This document shows positions 55,520-64,000 of a stretch of DNA of 64,000 bases, one piece after another. Each line of letters opens with the position of its first letter. The stretch's first letter is position 1. The stretch covers positions 174,381 through 238,380 of the forward strand of contig MHLM01000014.1 of NCBI GenBank assembly GCA_001821395.1, given 5' to 3'. The position numbers and the translations under genes were made by a program. The notes beneath the pieces are model-generated. The model was not told the DNA's origin and ran no database searches. It was given only the letters and a program-made list of their open reading frames with translations. Source of the DNA: Candidatus Lloydbacteria bacterium RIFCSPHIGHO2_02_FULL_50_18 (lineage in GTDB: Bacteria; Patescibacteriota; Minisyncoccia; Phycocordibacterales; UBA6899).

Positions 55520-55537
55520 GCCTTCTTCCTTTTTTTC

Positions 55538-55568
55538 ACCAGAACAGTCCGCTGTTCTGGTTTTTTTG
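55538..55568 (+). terminator. intrinsic terminator
   Basis: 10-bp stem accagaacag/ctgttctggt with loop tccg, then TTTTTTTG. Confidence 0.75.
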
Positions 55569-55629
55569 TTATACGGCAAACAGGAGTTAGCAATGTGTCT
55601 TTTTCTTCTTTTTATATTAAGATACTCGC

Positions 55630-56913
55630 ATGTCATATCTTTCTATCAAAGGCCTTTCGGGAAAGGCGACCATTGGAGGCACAGTAAAAATAGTCGGAGC
55701 AAAGAATGCTGCGCTGAAAGCGATTGCGGCGAGCATCCTTTTTCGTTCACCGCTTTTGCTTGATAACGTTCCCGATATCGAGGATGTGTCACGCATGCTT
55801 GAGATCATTCGCACGATGGGCGGAAGTGTGTCGGTTGCATCGCATAAGGCGACGATCGATGCGAGCACGCTCTCCTCGACGACGCTCACTCCAGAGATAT
55901 CCAAACGCCTCCGTTCGTCAATCGTACTGACCGGCCCGATGCTCGCGCGACACGGACTCGTCCGTTTTCCTCATCCCGGAGGATGCGTCATTGGTGAGCG
56001 ACCGATAGACCTTTTTGTCGAAGGTTTCATCAAGATGGGAGCGAAGGTCAAAAAGGTCGGAAAATTCTACCATGTCGCGGCTCCGAAGGGGGGACTCCGT
56101 GGCGGCGAACTTTTCTTTCGCACGCAAAGCGTGACGGGTACTGAGACATTCATGATGGCCGCAGTGCTTTCAAGGGGTGTAACGACGATCAAGAATGCCG
56201 CCATGGAGCCGGAGATCGTATGGCTCGCGGATCTATTGAATGCGAGTGGGGCAAAAATTGCGGGTGCCGGAACTCCGACGGTCACAATCACCGGTGTGCA
56301 GCTTCTTGATGCAAAGAAAAAAGTATTTACCGTAATACCCGATCGTATCGAAGCCGGAAGCTTTCTTATTTTAGGTGCACTTGCAGCAAAAAAACTTACC
56401 GTAACAAATGTTATTCCCGAGCATCTTGAATCGCTCACAGAGCTGTTGACCTATACCGGAACAAAAATTTCTACAACAAAGAATAGTATTACCGTTTCGG
56501 CCAATAAGAAGAAGGGGGGACTTTGCGCGGTCAATATTCGTACGCACGAATATCCGGGATTCCCGACTGACCTTCAGGCGCCAATGGTCGTGTATCTTAC
56601 TCAGGCGGAGGGGGAGAGCTTGATGTTCGAAACGATCTTTGAAGGAAGATTGAATTTCACCGAGTCATTGAATCGCATGGGCGCAAATATCTCCATGATG
56701 GATCCGCATCGCGTTATTATCCGCGGAAGTACGACCATAAAGGGTTCTCATCTTGAAAGCCCTGACCTGCGCGCCGGACTCGCGTTCGTGATTGCGGCAA
56801 TCATCGCAAAAGGTGAATCGAAGATCTACAACGTGTACAATATTGACCGCGGTTATGAGCGTATTGAAGAGCGCCTCCGAAGCATCGGCGTTTGTATCGA
56901 GCGCAAGGAATAA
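55630..56913 (+). CDS. murA: UDP-N-acetylglucosamine 1-carboxyvinyltransferase
   Basis: 427 aa EPSP-synthase fold. 'KIVGAKNAALKAIAA' and 'PGFPTDLQAPM' are typical MurA. Confidence 0.9.
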   Translation: MSYLSIKGLSGKATIGGTVKIVGAKNAALKAIAASILFRSPLLLDNVPDIEDVSRMLEIIRTMGGSVSVASHKATIDASTLSSTTLTPEISKRLRSSIVLTGPMLARHGLVRFPHPGGCVIGERPIDLFVEGFIKMGAKVKKVGKFYHVAAPKGGLRGGELFFRTQSVTGTETFMMAAVLSRGVTTIKNAAMEPEIVWLADLLNASGAKIAGAGTPTVTITGVQLLDAKKKVFTVIPDRIEAGSFLILGALAAKKLTVTNVIPEHLESLTELLTYTGTKISTTKNSITVSANKKKGGLCAVNIRTHEYPGFPTDLQAPMVVYLTQAEGESLMFETIFEGRLNFTESLNRMGANISMMDPHRVIIRGSTTIKGSHLESPDLRAGLAFVIAAIIAKGESKIYNVYNIDRGYERIEERLRSIGVCIERKE

Positions 56914-56923
56914 TGTGCCAATA

Positions 56924-56960
56924 CAAAAAACCACCCGAATGATTTCGGGTGGTGCTGTCA
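56924..56960. terminator. bidirectional terminator
   Basis: Stem ccacccgaa/ttcgggtgg with loop tgat, A-run before; on the minus strand followed by TTTTTTG. Confidence 0.65.
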
Positions 56961-57365
56961 TTTGTCTTCTTTTTTGACTTTCTTTTTGACACCAAGTTTG
57001 TTGAACATCATATTGGTATGAACAATCGCCTCGATACGGGAGGGGAGAAATGTATCCATCTCGGGGTCTTCCATGAGTATCGTTGCTACCTGCCTTGCTC
57101 CTCCTTCAACCGCCGCGAGCTCCAGCAGTCGGAATGCCAATAGACATGTGTCGGTGATGAGCTTCTCCAGCTCCTCGGCTCCGATCGTCCCCTTTTTTGC
57201 TAGTCGCGCCTTACTGTTCCTTGAGATCGTATTGATGAGCAGGGCGTAGAGCGGGTCTTCCGTGCGTACACGTGCAAGGAGTTTTTTGAAGTACTCACGC
57301 TGGTCGCCAATCGATTCCTGTTTGAGTCGATCAATGTTCTTTGGTGTGACCGGATTGAGAAACAT
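56958..57365 (-). CDS. hypothetical helical protein
   Basis: 135 aa, no family recognised. Confidence 0.4.
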   Translation of the reverse strand: MFLNPVTPKNIDRLKQESIGDQREYFKKLLARVRTEDPLYALLINTISRNSKARLAKKGTIGAEELEKLITDTCLLAFRLLELAAVEGGARQVATILMEDPEMDTFLPSRIEAIVHTNMMFNKLGVKKKVKKEDK

Positions 57366-57450
57366 GATGATTTCCCATAAGCAAATTCTTTCCTTACGTT
57401 ACTCATCTTGGCCCCCTTCGTCAAACCGCGTTCTTATACACTGAACATCA

Positions 57451-57479
57451 TTGTCAAAAGTGCCAATGCTTCATACAAT
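57451..57479 (+). promoter_or_regulatory. sigma-70-like promoter TTGTCA-17-TACAAT, apparently leaderless
   Basis: The -10 ends 3 nt before ATG 57483 (second ATG at 57489), so the predicted TSS is at or next to the start codon. Confidence 0.5.
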
Positions 57480-57482
57480 GAT

Positions 57483-60272
57483 ATGCATATGCTCACCCCA
57501 GAACTTTTGGAATTCATTCGCGCGCAACAGGAAGCAGGAATGTCGAGAGAAGAGGTCGAACGGTTACTTCTTACAGAGGGGGGGTGGACAAAATCAGACG
57601 TAGATCAGGCCTTTCGCTCACTTGCTCAGGCTAAAGAGCCACCCGCTTTATCCTCAGTCGCTCTGCCCGAAGAGCCTGTGATGTCTCAGCCTTCGTCGGT
57701 CACTATCACACCGCTCATCGAAGGAGTGACGCCGACTTCGGCTGTTAGCGTGGAAGCTTTTCCTGCTATGGCCCCAGTGATTCAGACTCCCGCAGTCCCG
57801 GTCGAAGCGACGGTGGCACTCGCCAAACAAGAGGAGTTTACACCTTTTGTTCCCGTGATGATCACCACCCCCACGCCCGGCATTCCTCAAGAAGCTCCCG
57901 CAGTGGTTACGATCGAGCAGCAAGTCCCGTCTCTTCTCGTCGTGCAAGAACCATTCCTTGCTTCACCGATAATAGCGAAAGAGGAACCTTATATATTTGT
58001 TGGATCGGAAAATCCTACCCCTGCTCCTCTGGTGTCGGCAGTGTCTCCGGTAGAGGAGGCTCCGATCACCGTCGATGATGAAAGTCACGTTGTTTCTGTT
58101 CCTCCGGCAGATGATTTTCTTGGGTTATTCGGTTCGCTCAAGTCGTCATCCTGGCAGAATCATTCAGCAGAACATGCGCCGGTCATCTCTCCTTCGCCAT
58201 TGCCCTTCCGAGAGGTTGAGACTCCTGCATCAAAGCCGCAGGGGAGTTCGATCAGCGACATTCTTCTCGGTGGTGTTGCCCCCAAAGTTGAGAGTGCTGA
58301 AGTCCAACCCACTTCACCTTTTGTGCTTGCACCCGTTGTGCCGAGCGTTCCCTCGGAGCCCGACGTTCTTCGGAATGCGCCGTCCCCGTTTGCACCGCTG
58401 TATCAGACAAAAGCGGGAGAGGAGCCCGCCTCGGTGTTCAAATTTGATTTTGCAAAGATGCGGAGTGTTCCCCTCGAGCAAACGGGGACTCCGGCCGCGG
58501 CGGGACTGACGACGGAAGCTAGTCCGCTCGATGTTTCTCAGTTGTTAAAGACTGAGTCTAAGGACGAGTCTATGAGCATGCCAATCCCCGGAACCCCGAG
58601 CGCTCACGAGACCGGCAGTGAACTGAGTGCACCAGCCGGACGGCGTACGATGGCGGGTGATCTTCTTTTGCAGGGACTTGTTCCTCCATCACCGTCCGGA
58701 TCAACGCCGGTCATTCCATCGCCCATCACCCCTGTTTCCGTTCCTGCGGTACCGTCTATTGAGGGTCATGAGGAAAAGTCTCAAATAACAAGCATGCCGG
58801 TCAATGTTTTTGGTGCTCCGCTCGCGGAAGAGATTAAAAGAAAGAATACCGTCAAGCGCTTGCTCGGGCTTGCGATCGGCGGCATCGTGTTACTCACGGT
58901 GATCGGTGGTGCAATCTTCTTGGTGCTCAAGTTTCGCGCTCCCGATATTCAGATGATTGCATCGGGCGCGTTTGGGAAGTTCTTTGATGCAACGTCTTTT
59001 TCCTATAAAGGGAAAGGATCGGCTGACCTGCTCTTATCAACTGCAACCGGTGGAGCAGAGCAGACTGGTATTGTTAAGTTTGATATCGATTATGAAGGAT
59101 CACTCGACAATGGCCCCTTAGGATATGGTAATGGTGCACACCGCATCAAGCTCGCCGGCGGACTTCAGTCCGGTGATTTTTCATGGCCGGCATACCTCGA
59201 TGCAGATATGCGTATCTTTGATTCATCACTCTATTTCCATCTTCTCTCTTTGCCTCCCGACACAAATCTTGATCCGGAATTGGTCAGGTCATACTGGATA
59301 AAGGTCAATCTTTCCGAGATCGCAAAGGAGCTTGCGTTGTCAGGCATGGCGGCTGCACAGGAAGGATACGGTGATTTTGGCGGACAGATCAAAGACAACA
59401 ATTTTAATGCCATGTTAAAAAAACATGCCCCGTTTGAGGTATCCGAGCAGTTACCTGACGATGTGATCAATGGGGTTGCAGTTGAACACTTTAAAATGAA
59501 AGCGAACGGAGAAGCGATGTTGCAGTTCACTACGGATGTGTACAAAAGATCCTTCGGTAAAGACCTCGTGCTCACTGACGACAAACATATTCGCCTCCGA
59601 GACGGATTGGCGAAGATGGTTGGGGAAATATGGACCAATAAAGATACCGGGGAGCTCATTCAAGTGAGTATCTCAGGAGATCTTGATGATGATATGTTCG
59701 ATGTCCACGTGAGGGGAAGAGTGAGCCTATTCTTCGGATTTTTCGATCTCAATAAACCGGTCGCAGTTGATGTTCCGTCACCTACGCTTACGCTCGAAGA
59801 ACTTAAAGCGCAGATGGATCAGTATCAACGATTGAAAGAAGTTCGCTCGCGCGATGCGGAGAAGGTCGCTCGACTGAGTGGGATCCTGCGTTCACTCGAC
59901 GCCTATAAGGAAGCAAAGGGGAGATTCCCGACTGCATTAAATGAAATGTACGGAGCAGGGATAATTGCCTCTTCATCAATACCAACACAGATATTAAGTC
60001 AGTATGAGTATGAGTCCTATGTCGGCAAGTCTGTTTTACTAAAGGCGAATCGTTGTTCACTAAAGGGAAAAGTCTGTGCGTTTTATCATATCGGAACAAA
60101 CCTCGAAGAAGTGGAGAACGCGTTGCTCTCGACCGACGCCGATATCATTGGCGACGTGCGGGGTGCCGATACTGCAGGCTGTATCGGTGAAAAAGGTTTT
60201 GCGTGTTATGACGTGGTCACACCCGTTACCGGAACGTCCACTCCAGAGACCCCCGTTAGCCAGATCAAGTAG
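57483..60272 (+). CDS. large Pro/Thr/Ser-rich single-pass membrane protein with extracytoplasmic C-terminal domain
   Basis: About 930 aa: small N-terminal helical domain, roughly 450 aa low-complexity P/S/T/V-rich linker, TM 'LLGLAIGGIVLLTVIGGAIFLVL', roughly 450 aa C-terminal domain with Cys pairs. Start per the leaderless promoter; the ORF-track start at 57408 lies upstream of the promoter. Confidence 0.6.
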   Translation: MHMLTPELLEFIRAQQEAGMSREEVERLLLTEGGWTKSDVDQAFRSLAQAKEPPALSSVALPEEPVMSQPSSVTITPLIEGVTPTSAVSVEAFPAMAPVIQTPAVPVEATVALAKQEEFTPFVPVMITTPTPGIPQEAPAVVTIEQQVPSLLVVQEPFLASPIIAKEEPYIFVGSENPTPAPLVSAVSPVEEAPITVDDESHVVSVPPADDFLGLFGSLKSSSWQNHSAEHAPVISPSPLPFREVETPASKPQGSSISDILLGGVAPKVESAEVQPTSPFVLAPVVPSVPSEPDVLRNAPSPFAPLYQTKAGEEPASVFKFDFAKMRSVPLEQTGTPAAAGLTTEASPLDVSQLLKTESKDESMSMPIPGTPSAHETGSELSAPAGRRTMAGDLLLQGLVPPSPSGSTPVIPSPITPVSVPAVPSIEGHEEKSQITSMPVNVFGAPLAEEIKRKNTVKRLLGLAIGGIVLLTVIGGAIFLVLKFRAPDIQMIASGAFGKFFDATSFSYKGKGSADLLLSTATGGAEQTGIVKFDIDYEGSLDNGPLGYGNGAHRIKLAGGLQSGDFSWPAYLDADMRIFDSSLYFHLLSLPPDTNLDPELVRSYWIKVNLSEIAKELALSGMAAAQEGYGDFGGQIKDNNFNAMLKKHAPFEVSEQLPDDVINGVAVEHFKMKANGEAMLQFTTDVYKRSFGKDLVLTDDKHIRLRDGLAKMVGEIWTNKDTGELIQVSISGDLDDDMFDVHVRGRVSLFFGFFDLNKPVAVDVPSPTLTLEELKAQMDQYQRLKEVRSRDAEKVARLSGILRSLDAYKEAKGRFPTALNEMYGAGIIASSSIPTQILSQYEYESYVGKSVLLKANRCSLKGKVCAFYHIGTNLEEVENALLSTDADIIGDVRGADTAGCIGEKGFACYDVVTPVTGTSTPETPVSQIK

Positions 60273-60364
60273 TTATCGCAATTCCGTTGTCTTTAATATT
60301 GGATTGGAAAGAAAGATTTTTTCCTATTTGCACTCCCACTCACTTTCGTGTTAAATGAGCGTCA

Positions 60365-61378
60365 ATGGGATTATTTTCTGCAAAACTGGGAATCGACCTT
60401 GGGACCGCAAATACACTCGTATACGTACCGGGCCGCGGCATTGTGCTCAATGAGCCTTCAGTAGTTGCGGTTTCGGAGCGGGATAACCGTATCCTTGCCG
60501 TCGGTATTGAAGCAAAAGAAATGATCGGCCGCACGCCGGACGATATCATTGCATACCGACCGATGCGCGACGGGGTCATCGCCGACTATCGTGTGACCGA
60601 AGCAATGCTTCGCTATTTCATCGGCAAAGCAATGGGGCGTTGGAATCTTCTCAAGCCAGAAGTCATGGTCTCCGTTCCTGCGGGCGTCACCTCGACCGAA
60701 CGACGCGCGGTGATCGAAGCCGCGATGCGTGCCGGAGCCAAGAATGCGTTCGTCGTGAAGGAGCCGATCCTCGCCGCTATCGGTGCAGGCATCCCTATCT
60801 ATGAAGCGCGCGGACACATGGTCGTCGACATCGGAGGAGGAACGACCGACGTCGCGGTGATCTCACTCGGAGGCATCGTTGCGTCCACGTCGGTGAAGTG
60901 TGCGGGCAACCGTATCGATCAGGCGATCGCGGACTACATCAAAAAAACCTTCAATCTTGCGATCGGTGACAAGACTGCGGAAGACATCAAGATCAAGATC
61001 GGCTCAGCGGTGCCGCTTGAGGAAGAACTCACACTTGTCATCAAGGGCCGTGACTTTATCGCGGGACTCCCACGCTCCGTGACCGTCTCTTCGAACGAAG
61101 TAGTAAAGGCGATCGATAAGGAGCTGCGCGAAATGGTGAAAGCCATAAAGGACGTGCTTCAGGAGACTCCGCCGGAGCTTTCCGCGGATATCATCGACCA
61201 GGGGATCATCATGACCGGCGGCTCATCAATGCTGCGCAATCTCCCCGAGCTCGTTTTTCGCCGTACTGGCGTCAAGGCCATTCTCGCGGAGGATGCACTG
61301 TATTGTGTGGTGAAGGGGACCGGAGTTGCCCTCGAACATCTCGACACCTACAAGCGCTCGATAATCGCGAAGCGTTAA
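60365..61378 (+). CDS. mreB: rod shape-determining protein MreB
   Basis: 'LGIDLGTANTLVYV', 'VVDIGGGTTDVAVISLGGIV', actin-fold phosphate motifs. Confidence 0.9.
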   Translation: MGLFSAKLGIDLGTANTLVYVPGRGIVLNEPSVVAVSERDNRILAVGIEAKEMIGRTPDDIIAYRPMRDGVIADYRVTEAMLRYFIGKAMGRWNLLKPEVMVSVPAGVTSTERRAVIEAAMRAGAKNAFVVKEPILAAIGAGIPIYEARGHMVVDIGGGTTDVAVISLGGIVASTSVKCAGNRIDQAIADYIKKTFNLAIGDKTAEDIKIKIGSAVPLEEELTLVIKGRDFIAGLPRSVTVSSNEVVKAIDKELREMVKAIKDVLQETPPELSADIIDQGIIMTGGSSMLRNLPELVFRRTGVKAILAEDALYCVVKGTGVALEHLDTYKRSIIAKR

Positions 61379-61478
61379 ATTGGCGCCCTACTTGTCCTTC
61401 CTTCGTCGGGTTCGAAGGACGTATGAGGAATACGCCCTCTCGAACACCGACTCAGTCCAAGACTTTGTATTGCGACCA

Positions 61479-61531
61479 ATTTTTCTTGGCCGTATTCAGC
61501 TTTAGAAAAATGAAGTACTCCCGTGGTGCAT
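61479..61531 (+). repeat. roughly 55-nt intergenic repeat, copy 2
   Basis: Matches 24153-24207 (exact 20-mer tttagaaaaatgaagtactc plus flanking similarity). Confidence 0.6.
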
Positions 61532-61699
61532 CCAATTGTAAACGCTTCTTTCTGCAGACTTTTCACCATGTCGTATTATTGTCACGCTTGAACTTCATCC
61601 AAATTTCCTCCACGCCGTGAAGTTTTACGCATTTTGGTGCATCTCAATTAACAATATTACCTTATTGCGTCCTCATGCGTTCTTTTTTGCAATTATTAA

Positions 61700-61736
61700 C
61701 TAAAAATGAAATGAAAGGGACCGCCATTGGCGGTCC
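61700..61736 (-). terminator. intrinsic terminator for the small minus-strand gene
   Basis: Stem ggaccgcc/ggcggtcc; on the minus strand followed by ctttcatttcattttt. Confidence 0.6.
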
Positions 61737-61755
61737 GATTTTGAAAGAACGTTGG

Positions 61756-61968
61756 TTAGAAAATTTTGTTCAACGTGAGTAGTAATCCAACGAACCCGAT
61801 AATAATAAGCAAGAACCCCATTTTTACTCGGAATCTTGGTTTTACTGTATCACCAGTGTCCCAGCCAAGGTTATCAGTCTCGCATAGGTCCAAATACCAA
61901 AAGACAGTTGCAATGCCGCTCGAAAAACATAGTACAAAGATCAAGGCAAGAATCATGTTAATATCCAT
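61756..61968 (-). CDS. small 2-TM membrane protein
   Basis: 70 aa. AGGAG RBS. Has its own TTGACA promoter element copy upstream. Confidence 0.45.
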   Translation of the reverse strand: MDINMILALIFVLCFSSGIATVFWYLDLCETDNLGWDTGDTVKPRFRVKMGFLLIIIGFVGLLLTLNKIF

Positions 61969-61989
61969 TTCGGAGCTCCTGTAGTGTGT

Positions 61990-62035
61990 GATGAATTCCC
62001 AAAATCATGCTCACACGGTTAATTACTTTTGTCAA
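61990..62035 (-). promoter_or_regulatory. conserved promoter/operator element copy 1 (TTGACA...gattttgggaat)
   Basis: On the minus strand: TTGACAaaagtaattaaccgtgtgagcatgattttgggaat; about 85% identical to the copy at 62385-62430. Confidence 0.5.
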
Positions 62036-62037
62036 GA

Positions 62038-62066
62038 ATAAAAAAGCGCCAAATGGCGCTTTTTGG
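62038..62066. terminator. bidirectional terminator
   Basis: Stem agcgcc/ggcgct with loop aaat, flanked by A-run and T-run. Confidence 0.6.
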
Positions 62067-62080
62067 GTATGGTGTGAGCG

Positions 62081-62362
62081 CTAGCTCAATCCCATTTTCT
62101 CGTATATCTCGGCAATAACACGGTCCCGTTTCTCCTCATCATTTTTGCAAGAGTAGTACTCCGGGTCGCGAATGTTTTTGTAGCACACCCTAATAAAATA
62201 CTCGAAACTCTCAGGGTCCGGTTTTTTTCCGCCATTCTTGCGTTGTTCGTCAAGATCCTTTTGGTTGAAAATGGGTTCCGGTGCCATGGCGATGATTTCG
62301 CGTATCTCCGAGACATTAATTACGATGCTTGGTCCTAGTTTTACAAAGACGTTTTCCATCAA
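62081..62362 (-). CDS. hypothetical small soluble protein
   Basis: 93 aa. AAGGAGAAG RBS. Confidence 0.45.
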   Translation of the reverse strand: MMENVFVKLGPSIVINVSEIREIIAMAPEPIFNQKDLDEQRKNGGKKPDPESFEYFIRVCYKNIRDPEYYSCKNDEEKRDRVIAEIYEKMGLS

Positions 62363-62384
62363 ACTTCTCCTTCGTGGGTGGGGG

Positions 62385-62430
62385 GATTCCCAAAATCATA
62401 TTTACACAGTGAATCGCTTTTGTCAACTTT
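62385..62430 (-). promoter_or_regulatory. conserved promoter/operator element copy 2
   Basis: On the minus strand: TTGACAaaagcgattcactgtgtaaatatgattttgggaat, i.e. TTGACA-17-AAATAT followed by the shared 'gattttgggaat'. Confidence 0.5.
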
Positions 62431-62473
62431 TTTGAAAGATCTGAGAGAGAAAAAACCACACATGTCGTGTGGC

Positions 62474-62908
62474 TTATTGTTTTGTTTCGCTGGCGCGTGT
62501 TGATGCGCGGATGTCCTGAAGCACTGACAATATCTCGGTCACTTCCTCGAGGTCCCGACGGAGCTCAGTGAGGCTGTCGTATGATCGCGTAAATTCACGT
62601 CTATTGCGTAGTCCAAAATAGATACAATCTCCTAGCTGCGGAGTCTTTCTTTGTTCTACGGTCTCAAGACTCTCTGCGCGAAACATGACGCTGTGGTAGC
62701 GGACAAAATCCTCATTTGGCAGTGCTGCTTCAATTGCTGCCCACATGGCATCACACTCAGCATCCGTTCCCGAAACGCTGAGCACTGTTCCACCGTCTTT
62801 AAGTAAAAAAAGAATACCCGGTTCATCCGCCTCATGCGGACGCAGGAGGAGCGCATCAATTGAATCGACCGGAACTTGTACTAATTCACTATCACCGATC
62901 GTACACAT
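62474..62908 (-). CDS. hypothetical protein
   Basis: 144 aa, acidic, no family recognised. Confidence 0.4.
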   Translation of the reverse strand: MCTIGDSELVQVPVDSIDALLLRPHEADEPGILFLLKDGGTVLSVSGTDAECDAMWAAIEAALPNEDFVRYHSVMFRAESLETVEQRKTPQLGDCIYFGLRNRREFTRSYDSLTELRRDLEEVTEILSVLQDIRASTRASETKQ

Positions 62909-63006
62909 ATCGTCTCCAGTTCATTTTTATCCTTCTCATTACAGACTGCCACGTACGAAATATCTGTCAAACTGCAGGGTCCACGAAATGACGCTATACT
63001 ACGCTT

Positions 63007-63702
63007 ATGGACCTCCGCCCACACATCGCCCTCTCGAGTCTATCCCATGCATACGTCATTGAAGGTGCTCGTGCATCGGGGCTTTCCGCACTTCGTGACC
63101 TCATGGAGTCTTTTGGTATCGCGATCAAAGCAAATCCCGACTACCACGAGTATCAATACGAGACATTGCTCATCGAGCATGCACGAGAACTTCGCCGCGA
63201 GCAGGGGATGCGCGGAGCCGAAGGCGCAAAGAAGATATTCGTCGTTGCATTCAATGCCATCCACCATGAGTCTCAGAATGCGCTCCTGAAGACCCTTGAA
63301 GAGCCGACCGACAACACACATTTTTTCTTTCTCGTGCGCACGAGTGAGATCCTCCTTCCGACCGTGCGTTCACGCATGCAAGTAGTAAGAGGAGAAGAAT
63401 CGAAAGGGGATGCGCTTCCGCTCGCCGCAGAATTTTTGAAAAGCAGCATCTCCGCCCGCATGAAAATGATCGAACCGATGACCAAAGCAAAGACTGACGA
63501 TAAGCCGAGGGCAAAAGAAGAAGCGCGCCTCTTTGTCGAAGCACTCGAGCCGCTGCTGTATGAAAAGATCACTCAGGAAGAGCCGCGCATTACCCGTGCG
63601 CTCGAGGATGTGCTCATTGCAAAACGTGAGCTCTCAGGTCGTTCGCCCTCAGTGAAGCTGCTGCTTGAGCATTTGGTGCTTACGGTGCCACGTGGTAGCT
63701 AG
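63007..63702 (+). CDS. holB: DNA polymerase III delta' subunit-like clamp-loader protein
   Basis: 'QNALLKTLEEP' and 'ILLPTVRSRMQ' (SRC-like) are clamp-loader box motifs. There is no intact Walker A, consistent with delta-prime. Confidence 0.65.
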   Translation: MDLRPHIALSSLSHAYVIEGARASGLSALRDLMESFGIAIKANPDYHEYQYETLLIEHARELRREQGMRGAEGAKKIFVVAFNAIHHESQNALLKTLEEPTDNTHFFFLVRTSEILLPTVRSRMQVVRGEESKGDALPLAAEFLKSSISARMKMIEPMTKAKTDDKPRAKEEARLFVEALEPLLYEKITQEEPRITRALEDVLIAKRELSGRSPSVKLLLEHLVLTVPRGS

Positions 63703-63734
63703 GAATAAGCCACACCACGCTCATTTGTTAAAAA

Positions 63735-63763
63735 CTTGCGTACTATTGAAAAATATGATATAA
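63735..63763 (+). promoter_or_regulatory. sigma-70-like promoter TTGCGT-17-TATAAT
   Basis: Good consensus hexamers and spacing. Drives the structured leader at 63771-63957. Confidence 0.55.
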
Positions 63764-63795
63764 TGTCGTTATAAGTTCGTTGAACGTTTTAACGT

Positions 63796-63912
63796 TCGCC
63801 AGAGCAGAAAGTGCCCCATCTAAAGACGGATTAAGGTCTCTCCTTGGCTTTGAAAGGTGAGAACTTAGAGAGGTTGTCCGTCTTTTGTGGATGAGATCTT
63901 TTCTGCTCTGGC
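63796..63912 (+). ncRNA. structured 5' leader or small RNA candidate (15-bp closing stem enclosing roughly 85 nt)
   Basis: cgccagagcagaaag pairs with cttttctgctctggcg. There is an inner 8-bp stem aaagacgg/ccgtcttt and a preceding small hairpin gaacgt-ttta-acgttc. It lies between the promoter and the RBS (AAAGGA) of the gene starting at 63958. Confidence 0.4.
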
Positions 63913-63957
63913 GTAACCATTTCGGTAAGGCTCGGGCAAATTTGAAAGGAATTGTCA

Positions 63958-64000
63958 TGACACAACGTGTCGCCGACAGTGAAATCGATCGCGCGATGAA
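63958..64000 (+). CDS. 5' end of an unidentified gene (MTQRVADSEIDRAM...)
   Basis: ATG after an AAAGGAATTGTC spacer. Truncated by the window edge. Confidence 0.3.

Noticed and set aside
55019-55636. 205-aa minus-strand ORF overlapping 54779-55519
   Set aside because: The strong plus-strand terminator at 55538-55568 and the murA promoter region favour the plus-strand gene. The minus-strand ORF would run through that terminator.
1-64000. CRISPR arrays, rRNA genes, transposases or integrases, tmRNA, RNase P, SRP RNA
   Set aside because: No regularly spaced direct repeats. No rRNA-like segments. No DDE or tyrosine-recombinase ORFs. By eye I could not find the tmRNA 3' tRNA-like end, the RNase P 'GGAAAGUCCGG' or the SRP 'GGAAGCAGC' consensus. 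Absence from manual reading is not proof.

Overview
This is a 64 kb gene-dense bacterial chromosomal segment, roughly 50% GC by eye, with genes on both strands and many strong GC-rich intrinsic terminator hairpins (several bidirectional between convergent genes). The lineage cannot be assigned from sequence alone. Housekeeping content includes a split SUF Fe-S cluster locus (sufB-sufD-sufS, sufU, then sufC plus a DUF59/SufT-like gene after an intervening FAD oxidoreductase), a priA-def-fmt operon, murA, mreB, engB, gmk, nadK, prmC, a RumA-family rRNA methyltransferase, a holB-like clamp-loader subunit, HPF, two cyclophilins, a pirin and a NUDIX hydrolase. Thiol-disulfide oxidoreductases are unusually numerous: DsbA-like, a thioredoxin plus CcdA-like pair, and a BdbA-like plus DsbB/BdbC pair. 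There is also a MacAB-type efflux module (HlyD-ABC-FtsX), an MCP and two stand-alone CheY receivers, a roughly 920-aa secreted LCAT/PGAP1-like lipase, and one tRNA-Arg(CCG). I found no rRNA, CRISPR array or obvious transposase/integrase. The loci most worth a second look are: (1) a tandem pair of roughly 800 bp cassette-like units at 14.8-16.5 kb whose 5' hairpin and 3' terminator flanks are near-identical while the coding regions have diverged; (2) a 546-aa zinc-ribbon / calcineurin-like metallophosphoesterase fusion beside a stand-alone ClpP-like protease; (3) a 130-nt element with perfect 21-bp terminal inverted repeats (MITE-like or structured RNA) bordering a low-GC islet carrying a DUF805 membrane protein and a possible HEPN-motif protein; (4) a PriA homolog lacking Walker A/B helicase motifs; (5) a strongly promoted structured 5' leader at the window end; (6) several families of short conserved intergenic repeats. 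All calls are from manual reading of the sequence and ORF translations; no database searches were run.
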